41,094 nt of DNA from Firmicutes bacterium UBA5301 (GCA_002408345.1 DHRX01000101.1:1-41094), one strand, 5' to 3'. Counted from the stretch's first letter, positions 18,107 through 27,185 are shown. Made by a program: numbers and translations. The notes: generated by a model not told the origin, from the sequence alone.

Positions 18107-18658
18107 TTAGCGGCAGCTAAGGTAGGCTTGTCGTCCTTGACTATATAGATCCCCACCATAAATATCGTTAATTACAATTAAAGGGAGCTCGTCTACCTCC
18201 AAACGAAAAATCGCCTCTGGACCTAGCTCAGGATAAGCAATAACCTCTGCCGCCTTAACCCGCTGAGCTAAAAGAGCCCCAGCCCCTCCGGTAGCCCCCA
18301 AATAAACGGCTTGATAAGCCCTTATAGCTTGGCGCACCTCTTGATTACGGGCTCCTTTGCCGATCATACCTTTTAAACCTCGCCGGAGTAATTCCGGGGT
18401 ATATGAATCCATTCTCCCGCTAGTAGTTGGTCCTGCAGAACCAATTACTTTTCCTGGCCTTGCTGGGGTAGGTCCTACATAATAAAGAACCGCCCCCTCA
18501 ATTGGAAAAGGCAGTTCTCCGCCGGCAAGCACCGTCTTAACTAGCCGAGCGTGAGCTGCGTCTCTAGCGGTATAGACCGTCCCCGACAATAAAACTTGGT
18601 CTCCACTACGCAGCTCCATAATAACCTCAGGCGTTAATGGTGTTTGCAGCCTCTGCAT
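18107..18658 (-). CDS. Class I Fe-S hydro-lyase, beta subunit (fumarate hydratase/tartrate dehydratase family)
   Basis: The 183-aa product carries the GPTTSGRMD motif. It is encoded immediately after the alpha subunit gene, with a 2-nt gap. Confidence 0.9.
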   Translation of the reverse strand: MQRLQTPLTPEVIMELRSGDQVLLSGTVYTARDAAHARLVKTVLAGGELPFPIEGAVLYYVGPTPARPGKVIGSAGPTTSGRMDSYTPELLRRGLKGMIGKGARNQEVRQAIRAYQAVYLGATGGAGALLAQRVKAAEVIAYPELGPEAIFRLEVDELPLIVINDIYGGDLYSQGRQAYLSCR

Positions 18659-18660
18659 TC

Positions 18661-19503
18661 TTAAACCTCCAAAACCTCATGACGAAGTACATGACAGCTA
18701 AGGTTAACCGCTACCGGTAAACAAGCAATATGAGTAGGTGCAGTTTCAATATGAACAGCTAAAGCTGTTTGGCTCCCACCGAAGCCCTGTGGGCCAATGC
18801 CTAAACCATTAATAGCTGTTAGAAGCTCTCCTTCCAGCATGGCTATATGCTGAGCCGAATTAGCTTCTCCTACCGGACGAAGCAATGCGCGCTTAGCTAG
18901 ATAAGCACAACCATCAAAAGTCCCACCAATTCCGATACCAACTACATAAGGCGGACACGCGTTACCCCCGGCTAGTTCCATAGTTTCTAAGACAAAATCT
19001 TTAATTCCTTCAACCCCTTGGGCTGGTTTAAGCATGGCTAAGCGGCTAACGTTTTCACTACCGCTCCCTTTAGGTAAAAGGTGAATTCGGACTTTATCTC
19101 CCGGAACAATCTCCACCCTAATAAATGCCGGCGTATTATCACCTGTATTCCGCCGTAAGATCGGATCTCCAACTATAGAATTGCGCAAATATCCTTCCTC
19201 ATAGCCTTGGCGTACCCCTTCATCAACAGCTAAATAAAGAGAACCCCCGGTAATTTGAACCTCTTGTCCTAATTCTATTATTACTATAGCCATTCCAGTA
19301 TCTTGGCAAATCGGTTGCGATTCAGCCCAAGCAATCTCAGCATTGGCCTGAAGTTCTTTAATTATTTCCTTTGCCATAGGAAAGTTCTCAGACTGAGCTG
19401 CCTCTGCCATAACTTCCGGCATTCCCAAAGCCAAACGATAGTTAGCCTCTAGGCACAGTTCTCTTACTACAGCCGTAATTTTCTCAGCAGGAACCTGGCG
19501 AAT
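18661..19503 (-). CDS. Class I Fe-S hydro-lyase, alpha subunit (fumarate hydratase/tartrate dehydratase family)
   Basis: The CQDTGMAIV cluster-ligand region is present. Homologues start at M-R-x-(I/V), which corresponds here to IRQVPAEKITAVVRELCLEANY. That codon is ATT (19501..19503) with GGGAGGGGAG upstream. The alternative start is GTG 19530, which has no SD. The track start at 19629 would overlap lemA by 92 nt. Confidence 0.85.
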   Translation of the reverse strand: MRQVPAEKITAVVRELCLEANYRLALGMPEVMAEAAQSENFPMAKEIIKELQANAEIAWAESQPICQDTGMAIVIIELGQEVQITGGSLYLAVDEGVRQGYEEGYLRNSIVGDPILRRNTGDNTPAFIRVEIVPGDKVRIHLLPKGSGSENVSRLAMLKPAQGVEGIKDFVLETMELAGGNACPPYVVGIGIGGTFDGCAYLAKRALLRPVGEANSAQHIAMLEGELLTAINGLGIGPQGFGGSQTALAVHIETAPTHIACLPVAVNLSCHVLRHEVLEV

Positions 19504-19537
19504 GGCTCTCCCCTCCCATTGGAATTTCACACCGCAA

Positions 19538-20104
19538 CTAAAATTTAACTTCCGGTACTTGAGCCGCCCCTGGAGCCGCCTCGAAATAATCCCGAATAGA
19601 AAAGCCAAATAATGATGCGTAAAGAGCATAAGGCACCCTACGAATTTTAGCGTTATAGGCCTTAACCTGCTCGTTGTAGCGCATCCGAGCCACTGCTATA
19701 CGATTTTCCGTACCAGCTAATTCATCCTGCAAACGGGTAAACTGGGTATCAGCTTTTAGTTGTGGATAATTTTCCACAATCACCATTAGCCTGCTTAAAG
19801 CGGTATCTAGCTCCCCTGATGCTATCGCTTTTTCTCCGACAGAACTGGCCCCTGCATACCTAGTCCGAGCCTCAGCAATAGCACCTAAAACCTCTTGTTC
19901 GTGAGTAGTATAACCCTTGACCGTCTCTACTAAGTTGGGAATAAGGTCAAAACGACGCTGCAGCTGATTTTCCACTTGGGCCCAAGCGCCATTAATCTCT
20001 TCATCTAAAGCAACTAAAGTGTTAAATCCACTCCATGGAAGAAAAATTAATAGGAGAACAATAGCTATCCACCAATATTTACGAACATTCTGCATAGTTT
20101 CCAC
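19538..20104 (-). CDS. lemA: LemA family protein
   Basis: The 188-aa product has an N-terminal TM segment. Conserved LemA segments are present (LIPNLVETVKGY, NRIAVARMRYNEQVKAYN). Confidence 0.9.
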   Translation of the reverse strand: METMQNVRKYWWIAIVLLLIFLPWSGFNTLVALDEEINGAWAQVENQLQRRFDLIPNLVETVKGYTTHEQEVLGAIAEARTRYAGASSVGEKAIASGELDTALSRLMVIVENYPQLKADTQFTRLQDELAGTENRIAVARMRYNEQVKAYNAKIRRVPYALYASLFGFSIRDYFEAAPGAAQVPEVKF

Positions 20105-20115
20105 CCCCTAAAAAA

Positions 20116-21072
20116 TTACCAGCTACGGCCAGAACCGCCACCGCCGGACCGCCCACCGCCAAAACCACCAAATCCGCCGCCACCCCAACCAGATCCGCCA
20201 CCTGAACCGCCTTTAGGTCCTGGCCCAAACCAAATCCCACCGCCACCACGTCTATTGGCGATCTCTTGGGTTACTAAAGCCGGGATGACCATGGTTACTG
20301 TTCGAGAATAAGTACAATTCATGCACTTGTAATCAATGAGCTGAGAGCCGTCTGTTTTTTCCGTTGGTTCCTGCACGACAGTCCGTGTTACCTGTAATCT
20401 ATGTTTACATTGAGGGCATTTAGCTCCCGTCCCCTTGGCTAAGCGATACATAGCTACAAATATAGCCACAATAATAGCCACAACCAGCAACGCTAGCCAA
20501 TACCAAATGCCATCCTCATTTTGTCTAGCTGACGCTCGGGTAACCGGGCCGTTAGGGTCTGATCCACCTAATTCCTGCTCCAGTTCCCTTAAAAAAGCTA
20601 ATATCCCTTGACCAAATCGACCCTGTTTAGCTTCAGGAAGAAAACGTCGATCCAGCAAAGCCCCAATCTTACCGTCGGGAAGGACCCCCTCTAACCCATA
20701 ACCTGTTTCTACCTCAATACGTCTTTCCTCTAAGGACAATAGAATTAATAAACCATTATCCGTACCGGCTTTTCCTATCCCCCAGCGAGAAAAAAGTTCT
20801 ACCGCATACTCTTTTGGAGTATACTGGCCGCTAGACTCAATGGTAACTACAGCTATCTCAGTACCGGTCCGTTGGTTCAAACTTGAGATTATCCGCTCCA
20901 TATTCTCATATTCTGCTGGTGTAAATACCCGAGCATAATCATTGACCCATCCGGTTGCTACCGGCCATTTTGTTCCGGCCACAACCGGCAAAGAGACTAA
21001 GGTTACTAGCCATATTATCACTAAGCTAAGAAACCGCTTCTGGACCTTTCTGCTCATGCTCATTTTCACCAC
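20116..21072 (-). CDS. TPM-domain (YgcG-like) membrane protein with zinc-ribbon insert and Gly-rich tail
   Basis: The product has a signal/TM segment, a TPM domain (VNDYARVFTPAEYENMERI...IAVVTI), a second TM segment, CPQC...CMNC and a GGGSGWGGGGFGGFGGG tail. It shows the usual pairing with lemA. Confidence 0.8.
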   Translation of the reverse strand: MVKMSMSRKVQKRFLSLVIIWLVTLVSLPVVAGTKWPVATGWVNDYARVFTPAEYENMERIISSLNQRTGTEIAVVTIESSGQYTPKEYAVELFSRWGIGKAGTDNGLLILLSLEERRIEVETGYGLEGVLPDGKIGALLDRRFLPEAKQGRFGQGILAFLRELEQELGGSDPNGPVTRASARQNEDGIWYWLALLVVAIIVAIFVAMYRLAKGTGAKCPQCKHRLQVTRTVVQEPTEKTDGSQLIDYKCMNCTYSRTVTMVIPALVTQEIANRRGGGGIWFGPGPKGGSGGGSGWGGGGFGGFGGGRSGGGGSGRSW

Positions 21073-21074
21073 TC

Positions 21075-21434
21075 TTAGTTTACATCCTTATCTGTATTAG
21101 GCTCTATAAGTTTTAAATGTTCAGCCAAAATTTGTTGAACTTCTACCAATACGCTACCCAACCCTACTTCAGCCATCACCAGTTCACGAATATCTTCATT
21201 AAACATAATTAATTCTTGCTTTTCCCGTAGTTCTTCCTGCTTCTGTTGGGGGACCGACTCCCCGGTAAGTAGCATCTGTTCTAAATCCCGCCGCATAGCC
21301 TGAAAATCAGAATACATGATTTGGGCTGCCGTATTCTGAGCCAACTTAGCCTTGGCCTCTCGAAACCGGAGATATTCGGCGCTACCCTCAATAACTTTGG
21401 CCAGCTCTATAGCCTTTTCAGCGATTTCCGACAA
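21075..21434 (-). CDS. YlbF/YmcA-like (UPF0342) protein
   Basis: The 119-aa helical product has an N-terminal pattern (A.ELA..I..S.EY..F..AK) as in YlbF-family proteins. The start is TTG with AAGGGGG 8 nt upstream. Confidence 0.65.
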   Translation of the reverse strand: MSEIAEKAIELAKVIEGSAEYLRFREAKAKLAQNTAAQIMYSDFQAMRRDLEQMLLTGESVPQQKQEELREKQELIMFNEDIRELVMAEVGLGSVLVEVQQILAEHLKLIEPNTDKDVN

Positions 21435-21571
21435 GGTTATTGCCCCCTTAATTTTCTATCCTCTTATTTTATACTATCCTCCCTGCCGTCAAATTTCAAG
21501 GTAAAGGACTAGGAACCCCCTGGGACTTTAGCCCATATACTATAGGTGTAAACGGTTAGGAGGGAAATTTA

Positions 21572-22003
21572 GTGCGTTATCGTTTAGCTAATGTCCATCG
21601 GTACCCAACAGTCGAGTATATTCCTTTGACACCAAGAATAATAAAGGAAGCGCCCGTTTGGACTAACCTCAATTACGGCAACCTTAGTCTGATTATCCAA
21701 GATGGCCTCAATGGTTGGGGCCCAGTCGCCGATAGCCTTCCCAGAGACTTTCAGGTTAAGTTACCCCCACTTCAACCTGACGAAGCTGGTCTGGTCACCC
21801 TCAACTTTACCATACTTGAGGTTATGTACCGCGCTAATACCGTCCTCGTAACCGCTGAAGAAAAATCGGATTTTACTGGTGTCTATATTATTACTAAGCG
21901 TTTTTTCTATAAGCCTAAACTGATTTTCGAAGTTTATAATTTAAAAGAAAAGAAATTGGCCTGGTCCAACTTTTTGGTGCACCTCTCAGGCAGACAAACA
22001 TAA
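21572..22003 (+). CDS. Hypothetical protein
   Basis: This 143-aa ORF has a GTG start with TAGGAGGG 8 nt upstream. I recognise no motif. Confidence 0.5.
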   Translation: MRYRLANVHRYPTVEYIPLTPRIIKEAPVWTNLNYGNLSLIIQDGLNGWGPVADSLPRDFQVKLPPLQPDEAGLVTLNFTILEVMYRANTVLVTAEEKSDFTGVYIITKRFFYKPKLIFEVYNLKEKKLAWSNFLVHLSGRQT

Positions 22004-22180
22004 ACTAATACTAGGAAAACAGAAAGGGGGTCAAACTTAATTAAATCATAGTCCCAACCCCCAAGCCTATATTCGTGTCGCCACCATCCCCCGACAGGTA
22101 TCTAAAGAGCGCACGTTTCAAAGGCAAGAAGAGGACTAACGTTACGCACTAATATTTTCATCCTAATGCTCCTCCCAATC

Positions 22181-22207
22181 GAGGCAGGTCACCCATAGAC
22201 CTGCCTC
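22181..22207 (-). terminator. Stem-loop directly after the GT4 stop (possible bidirectional terminator)
   Basis: The sequence GAGGCAGGTC-ACCCATA-GACCTGCCTC forms a perfect 10-bp stem. Neither side has a clear U-tract. Confidence 0.45.
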
Positions 22208-22209
22208 TC

Positions 22210-23235
22210 TTAGTCATTCAATATTTGGTGATATGCGGTTAAGGTCAGGTCTCCTACACGACCCCAAGTATATTCCTGAGCAATTTTGGTTCGCAAACCT
22301 TTAGGTACAGAAGACCCATACGCTTGTACTACCGCCGTTCCAATACTTTCAAGATTATTAGGATCACAATAGAACGCCTCACTACCCAAATACTCTTGGG
22401 CTGTTCCACGATTGGTAGTAACTAACCGGCAGCCGGCTAAACCTGCTTCTAAATTAGCTAATCCTGGTGTATCGTACCAGCTAACTAAAGCATGAACCCG
22501 GGCTGCCGCATAGGCATCCGCTAAGTCACTAGGCTTTAATGGCCCTAAATAGTGATTCTTCTCCCCCAAGCTGGCCTTAAATCTACGGAAATAAGCGGCA
22601 TCCCCAGGTGTTCCTGCAAAAACCAGCTGAAAGCTAGTTCCTGCTAAAGCCTGGATTAACGCTAACTGATTCTTCCGGGGGTCAACCCTAGCTGAGCAGA
22701 AGATAAAGTCTCCGTAAATCTTGTAGCGTCGCCGGAATCTTGCTGCAGAACCGCTAGCAAAGGCTGGTTCAGTAGCATTGGGAACTACCTGGTACTTTAC
22801 CTGTAATCCGGGAAAATCTTTTTGGATTTGCTTCGCCTCTAAATAAGCGTTAGGTAACAACAACTCTGCTCCGGTGAATACTTCTCGCCGCTGGTATTGG
22901 GTTGCCTCCCACCAAGCCAAACGTTTCAGTTCTCCTGGTTCAGCCGCAATCTCCTGAACCCAACCGGCTGCATCCCAATAAATTGGAGAAACCACTATGG
23001 GCAACCCCGAATCTTTGGCCCAAAGATAGGCTGGATAGATATCTTGGATAGGGATTGTGTTGAAGATGTGGATTAAATCATAACTCTTGGACCAACGGTT
23101 AGGTTGCAACTCGAGCTTAACACTAACGCCAAGACGTTCCAGGGCTTTCTTAGTATTGAGGACCTGTACCGTATCTCCTGCTGGCACCGTAGTTAATGTT
23201 GACCTACTTAAAAAAAGTACTTTTAGGGTAGACAC
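22210..23235 (-). CDS. Glycosyltransferase, GT4 (GT-B fold) family
   Basis: The N-terminus KVLFLS is typical. The C-terminal Rossmann domain has the conserved Glu region (PGLANLEAGLAGCRLVTT). The start is ambiguous. GTG 23235 has AGGGTG 6 nt upstream. The alternatives are ATG 23253 and the track start at 23268. Confidence 0.8.
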   Translation of the reverse strand: MSTLKVLFLSRSTLTTVPAGDTVQVLNTKKALERLGVSVKLELQPNRWSKSYDLIHIFNTIPIQDIYPAYLWAKDSGLPIVVSPIYWDAAGWVQEIAAEPGELKRLAWWEATQYQRREVFTGAELLLPNAYLEAKQIQKDFPGLQVKYQVVPNATEPAFASGSAARFRRRYKIYGDFIFCSARVDPRKNQLALIQALAGTSFQLVFAGTPGDAAYFRRFKASLGEKNHYLGPLKPSDLADAYAAARVHALVSWYDTPGLANLEAGLAGCRLVTTNRGTAQEYLGSEAFYCDPNNLESIGTAVVQAYGSSVPKGLRTKIAQEYTWGRVGDLTLTAYHQILND

Positions 23236-24029
23236 GGAATACACCCTGCCCATTTTTGGACAAAACACCGCTGACTTTTCTGAAAGTAAACTAAACGTTT
23301 GTTATGATCTTCACCACTACTACCTCCTACCTCATGGTAAACAACGCTTAGGGGGTTAAATATAACTTTATAGCCTTTGAGCACAGCATTTATTGAGTAG
23401 TCTGTCTCTTCAAAATATAAGAAATATCTTTCATCAAAGCAACCTAGGACCGGAAGTAAAGCCCGCTTTATTAAGTAACAGGCTCCACCAACCGTAATAC
23501 ATTCCTCTGGTTTATTAAGCCGCCCTGGTCGGTCTGGTTGTAACCAAAATCGCGGTCGAGTTAACTCATCCCAGTTAGTCACGCCAGCTCCTACCAGTAG
23601 CCCCTGAGAATTAATCATTTTGGGCCCAACAACTGCAACCTCACTAGGCCGCGCCGTCGCTAACAGCGGTTCCAACCAGCCCTTAGTTACCTTAACATCT
23701 GGGTTTAGGAGGACAATATAAGGGTTTACCCCTCGGCGGATACCTTGGTTACAGGCAGCAGCATAACCACGGTTTTCTAAGTTAAAGATAGTTTCGATAT
23801 CGCCACGACCTTGGAGGTAACTAACACTCCCATCGCTACTGGCATTATCAACTACAATAATCTGGTACGGTTGTGGTGTATAACGGTGTAACGCTGTAAG
23901 GCAATCTGACAAATAGTGCAGAGAGTTATAGTTAACAATTACTAAGTCTACCCCCTTGGTATTAAGTTCGGTTTCCAGTTGCGGATTTTGAACACGAAAA
24001 TCACCTGGATGGTAAGCTGTAGGTACCAT
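23223..24029 (-). CDS. Glycosyltransferase, GT2 family
   Basis: The motifs DLVIVNYNS, VVDNASSDGS and FEETDY are typical of GT-A/GT2 enzymes. I predict no TM segment. Confidence 0.85.
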   Translation of the reverse strand: MVPTAYHPGDFRVQNPQLETELNTKGVDLVIVNYNSLHYLSDCLTALHRYTPQPYQIIVVDNASSDGSVSYLQGRGDIETIFNLENRGYAAACNQGIRRGVNPYIVLLNPDVKVTKGWLEPLLATARPSEVAVVGPKMINSQGLLVGAGVTNWDELTRPRFWLQPDRPGRLNKPEECITVGGACYLIKRALLPVLGCFDERYFLYFEETDYSINAVLKGYKVIFNPLSVVYHEVGGSSGEDHNKRLVYFQKSQRCFVQKWAGCIPCLP

Positions 24030-25585
24030 CTGTTCCGCATCCCCTTTCGTTTTCTTTTTTTGCCTACTCCCTGCTCTAATATACTGGCCTGGGCCGGTTG
24101 ACCGGATACTAACTCTACATCTGCTCCCGGAGGAAAATGCCAGAAGGATAGTGACGTTGCAACCTGTTCGGTTAATCCTTTTTTATTACAAACCCAAGCT
24201 TGCACCCATAAAGAACCTTGAATTTCTCCGTTTATCCCAGCCTCCGTTATTCCTGGAGTTACGACTACCTTAACTATCTTGGTAAAACCGCGGGGTAAAG
24301 CTAAATCCAACCGATATTCTGCTGCTGTGGTTACCTCATCCTCAGTGTATATTGGTCCAAACACTGGTGGCGCTGGCTCCCAGGTCTCCCGGTAAATAGC
24401 TTTAACCTCAAAAGAAACCTGCCCTAAAACAGACAAGTAATTGCGAGGCAAAATTTCTAATCGGAGATAGTCGGTTTTAGGAATTAAATAATAATCGGTT
24501 TCCGGCGGTAGTCCATTACTAGAAATTACTTTTTGTACCGGTGCCGTAAATACCAACTCTTTAACTTCATCAAAAGGGGTCACTCCAGTTACCCAGAGGA
24601 TCATCTCGGCTGTAAGTAAGAGAAAATCCTGTTTAATAATAACCTGTACCCGCTGCCAAGTTAATTGATAATCTCGGATTTTCCGGAATTCCTCACCGAT
24701 AGCAAAGGTCTCCTTGAACTCTACCAATGTTTGGGTTTCCTCAATCAAACGGTCTATTCTCAGAGGACTGTAAACTACCCCTTTAGGTATTGATATGGTT
24801 TTTTTAGCACTTATGAGCCAGTCCAAGACGAGAAATATTCTGAGGACACTGCGGCTAACGATAACTTCCCAGCAATAATTAGTTTGCACATTTACACCAG
24901 GCTCAATATTAGGATGAGAAATTAGATAAGTAAAATCTTTTTCAATAGAAACATAGCGCTCGGTTCCATTAGGGGCCGCATAATAAATACCCCCGGCTAT
25001 TTGACCGGAAATTATCGTTTCTCCGTTGAAAATAGTTGTTTCTACTGTAGTCGCGCTTATATCGGCCCGCAAAAACCCAGCCGCAACAGCTAAAGACACC
25101 GGGATATGTAGGCACTGCCGTTCCGCTCCAGAAGCTAGTAGTATATCGGCTAATACTAAACCGTTATCAGGGGTTGCCTCTGGATCTGGGTGGTGACAAT
25201 AAGGTTCCTCTTCTGTACACCATAGGTCAACATGGCAGGGTACAATTACTATAAGCTTATTACCGGCAAGGACTTCTTGCGGTTTCTTTACTAAACATCG
25301 GCTTTCCCACTGGCTTTCTGCCGGACTATAGATACTATAAAAAAAGCCTTCTTTAGCCTCGCCTTCTTGATAGATATAACCGCTCCCGCCACAGGATACT
25401 ACCAGTTGAACCAGTACAATTATCTGGACAATTATACCGCCGCCTACCGGGTGGATAATATGACTTGCCTTGGCCTCAATTTTGACAATACTACAGTTAT
25501 CCGCAGGTAACTGAAAAGTGACAGTTAGAAGCTCTTCCCCGTGGTGCTCTGATATCAGCTTTTGTAGCAGTACCTGCTCCTCCAA
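23948..25585 (-). CDS. Hypothetical protein, divergent relative of the two repeat proteins upstream; Cys/His-rich segment
   Basis: The start is TTG with GGAGG 10 nt upstream. Several segments repeat the pattern seen in the neighbouring genes: a strand, then G.I...IYY or similar, then loops (for example TIISGQIAGGIYYAAPNGTERYVSIEKDF). The Cys/His segment is CHVDLWCTEEEPYCHH. The K/R-rich tail overlaps the next gene by 82 nt. Confidence 0.6.
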   Translation of the reverse strand: MEEQVLLQKLISEHHGEELLTVTFQLPADNCSIVKIEAKASHIIHPVGGGIIVQIIVLVQLVVSCGGSGYIYQEGEAKEGFFYSIYSPAESQWESRCLVKKPQEVLAGNKLIVIVPCHVDLWCTEEEPYCHHPDPEATPDNGLVLADILLASGAERQCLHIPVSLAVAAGFLRADISATTVETTIFNGETIISGQIAGGIYYAAPNGTERYVSIEKDFTYLISHPNIEPGVNVQTNYCWEVIVSRSVLRIFLVLDWLISAKKTISIPKGVVYSPLRIDRLIEETQTLVEFKETFAIGEEFRKIRDYQLTWQRVQVIIKQDFLLLTAEMILWVTGVTPFDEVKELVFTAPVQKVISSNGLPPETDYYLIPKTDYLRLEILPRNYLSVLGQVSFEVKAIYRETWEPAPPVFGPIYTEDEVTTAAEYRLDLALPRGFTKIVKVVVTPGITEAGINGEIQGSLWVQAWVCNKKGLTEQVATSLSFWHFPPGADVELVSGQPAQASILEQGVGKKRKRKGMRNRWYLQLTIQVIFVFKIRNWKPNLIPRG

Positions 25586-25649
25586 CGGAGACTAGCCTCC
25601 TCTCGTCCTATACTACCTCAAGAAATGTATATGCTTCATAATTGCAGAC

Positions 25650-25693
25650 CATAAAAAAGATTACAGGCATTCGTTAGGAATGCCTGTAATCTT
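25650..25693 (-). terminator. Strong rho-independent terminator after the 435-aa repeat-protein gene
   Basis: The minus strand reads AAGATTACAGGCATTC-CTAAC-GAATGCCTGTAATCTT, a perfect 16-bp stem. TTTTTAT follows. Confidence 0.85.
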
Positions 25694-25716
25694 TCGTAAC
25701 CTATTTCCCTGTTGAT

Positions 25717-27024
25717 TTAGAAGAAATTGCTTAGTTGCGAATTATCGATAGTATAAGGTGGAACATAGGGCCCAACAATAACTTCTTCAACCAGAATCTG
25801 AACGGTTTCGGTAACCTTAACGAAAATCTCAATTACAACCTTCTGCTGTAACTCTGTCTCAGTAAGAAGGTTAAAACCAACAAATTCAATACGAGAGATT
25901 ACTTCCACATTAAAGCACTCTTCAGCACCAGGTACATCTACGAAGGTACTAAAGGGAACTAACTCCGTAAACTCACGTTCCACATTATCTAGATCAATAA
26001 AGTAAATTTGCTTGTGAATAATCCCCTGAATAATCACTTTGTTCTGAAGAATCTCTGTAGTTACATTTTCAATGCGGGCGTCAATTTCCCGGACTTTAAT
26101 TGCTGGAACCGGAAGAATAGCAATGGTTTCGCTAAGAAACTGAGTCGTATTTTCCCCACGAACAGCTTCAACTTTAACTAATGGCCCAGTACCTAAAGCT
26201 GCTTGAAGCTGTACCCGCTCCGTTACCTTCACAAATATCTCCAAAACGACCTTCTGACGTAATGTAGTCGGGCCTTCCAACGTAAAGGCTACAAACTCTA
26301 CTGTCGGATGGACCTGGACATCCATGCCATCTGTTGCTCCAGGAATATCTAGAAAGACGCTAAACGACACATCTTCAGCTTGGTGATGTTCAATATTATC
26401 GGTGCAAATGAAAAATATCTGTTTGTGGATTATCCCCTGAACAATAACTTTGTCCTCGATAAGCTCGAAAGTAATATCGCGAACAGTAGCTTCAATCGCG
26501 TCAACCTTGATGGCTGGACAATTCAAAGTAACAACTGTTTCTTCTAAAGTTTGGACCGTACCTTCGCCAACAACCTCATTAACCCTAATTAGTGGGCCAT
26601 CACCTAAAGCAATATTAATCTGCCGCTTTTCAGTAACTTTAATGAAAATTTCCAGAACAATCTTCTGTAATAATGTTGTGGGGTTAAGCAGGATCGGAAT
26701 TACAGCTTCAATTGTCGGGTGCACCTGAACATCCATACCCGGTAAGGCGCCGGGTATGTCCAGAAAAGTACTGAAAGAAACATCTTCCGCAATATGCCGA
26801 ACTACATTATCAGTACCAACAAAGAAAATCTGCTTATGGATGACCCCCTGAACAATAACCTTGTTTTCGATAACCTCTGTAGTAATATCCTGAACCCGAG
26901 CGACAATATCCCTAATTTTAATCGCTGGGACAGGCAAGACTAAAGTTGTTTCCGACAGGATTTGCCTGGTGTTTTCCCCGATAACCACGTCAATCTTAAC
27001 CAACGGATTCGTTACGACACTCAT
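25717..27024 (-). CDS. Repeat protein: 3 x 137-aa beta-rich module (DUF3794/SipL-SPOCS-like), no signal peptide
   Basis: The start is set at ATG 27024 (MSVVTNPLVKIDVV) with GAAGGAGGAAG upstream. Module boundaries fall at residues 7, 144 and 281. The conserved core is PAIKV..I.A.V.D.T.E.I..KVI.QG.IHKQIFF...DN...H.AEDV.FS.F.DIPGA..G.DVQVHP..E......L.QKVVLEIFVKVTE. Confidence 0.85.
   Translation of the reverse strand: MSVVTNPLVKIDVVIGENTRQILSETTLVLPVPAIKIRDIVARVQDITTEVIENKVIVQGVIHKQIFFVGTDNVVRHIAEDVSFSTFLDIPGALPGMDVQVHPTIEAVIPILLNPTTLLQKIVLEIFIKVTEKRQINIALGDGPLIRVNEVVGEGTVQTLEETVVTLNCPAIKVDAIEATVRDITFELIEDKVIVQGIIHKQIFFICTDNIEHHQAEDVSFSVFLDIPGATDGMDVQVHPTVEFVAFTLEGPTTLRQKVVLEIFVKVTERVQLQAALGTGPLVKVEAVRGENTTQFLSETIAILPVPAIKVREIDARIENVTTEILQNKVIIQGIIHKQIYFIDLDNVEREFTELVPFSTFVDVPGAEECFNVEVISRIEFVGFNLLTETELQQKVVIEIFVKVTETVQILVEEVIVGPYVPPYTIDNSQLSNFF
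25786..27006 (-). repeat. Three tandem 411-nt coding repeats
   Basis: Related nucleotide blocks recur at about 26001, 26411 and 26821 (example from the 26821 copy: aaagaaaatctgcttatggatgaccccctgaacaataacc). The protein period is exactly 137 aa. Confidence 0.85.
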
Positions 27025-27111
27025 CTTGCTTCCTCCTTCAAGTCCTAACTTAATGCTTCTCCCCCAAAGCGGTTCCAACTAAACCCCCTCTAGCTGGGGT
27101 TGGACTAATTC

Positions 27112-27141
27112 ATTATATGTGCCACCGGCACTATGTGTTAA
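27112..27141 (-). promoter_or_regulatory. Candidate sigma-A-type promoter for the 435-aa repeat-protein gene
   Basis: The minus strand reads TTAACA-N18-TATAAT about 88 nt upstream of ATG 27024. Confidence 0.35.
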
Positions 27142-27158
27142 TGGGTTTTGCAGTATAA

Positions 27159-27185
27159 GGGAGGAGATGGAAAGAGCCACCTCCC
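27159..27185 (-). other. Stem-loop 8 nt after the stop of the 744-aa gene (weak or leaky terminator)
   Basis: The minus strand reads GGGAGG-TGG-CTCTTT-CCA-(TCT)-CCTCCC, giving 6+3 bp with a 3-nt bulge. Only a poor U-tract (CTTATACT) follows. Confidence 0.4.
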
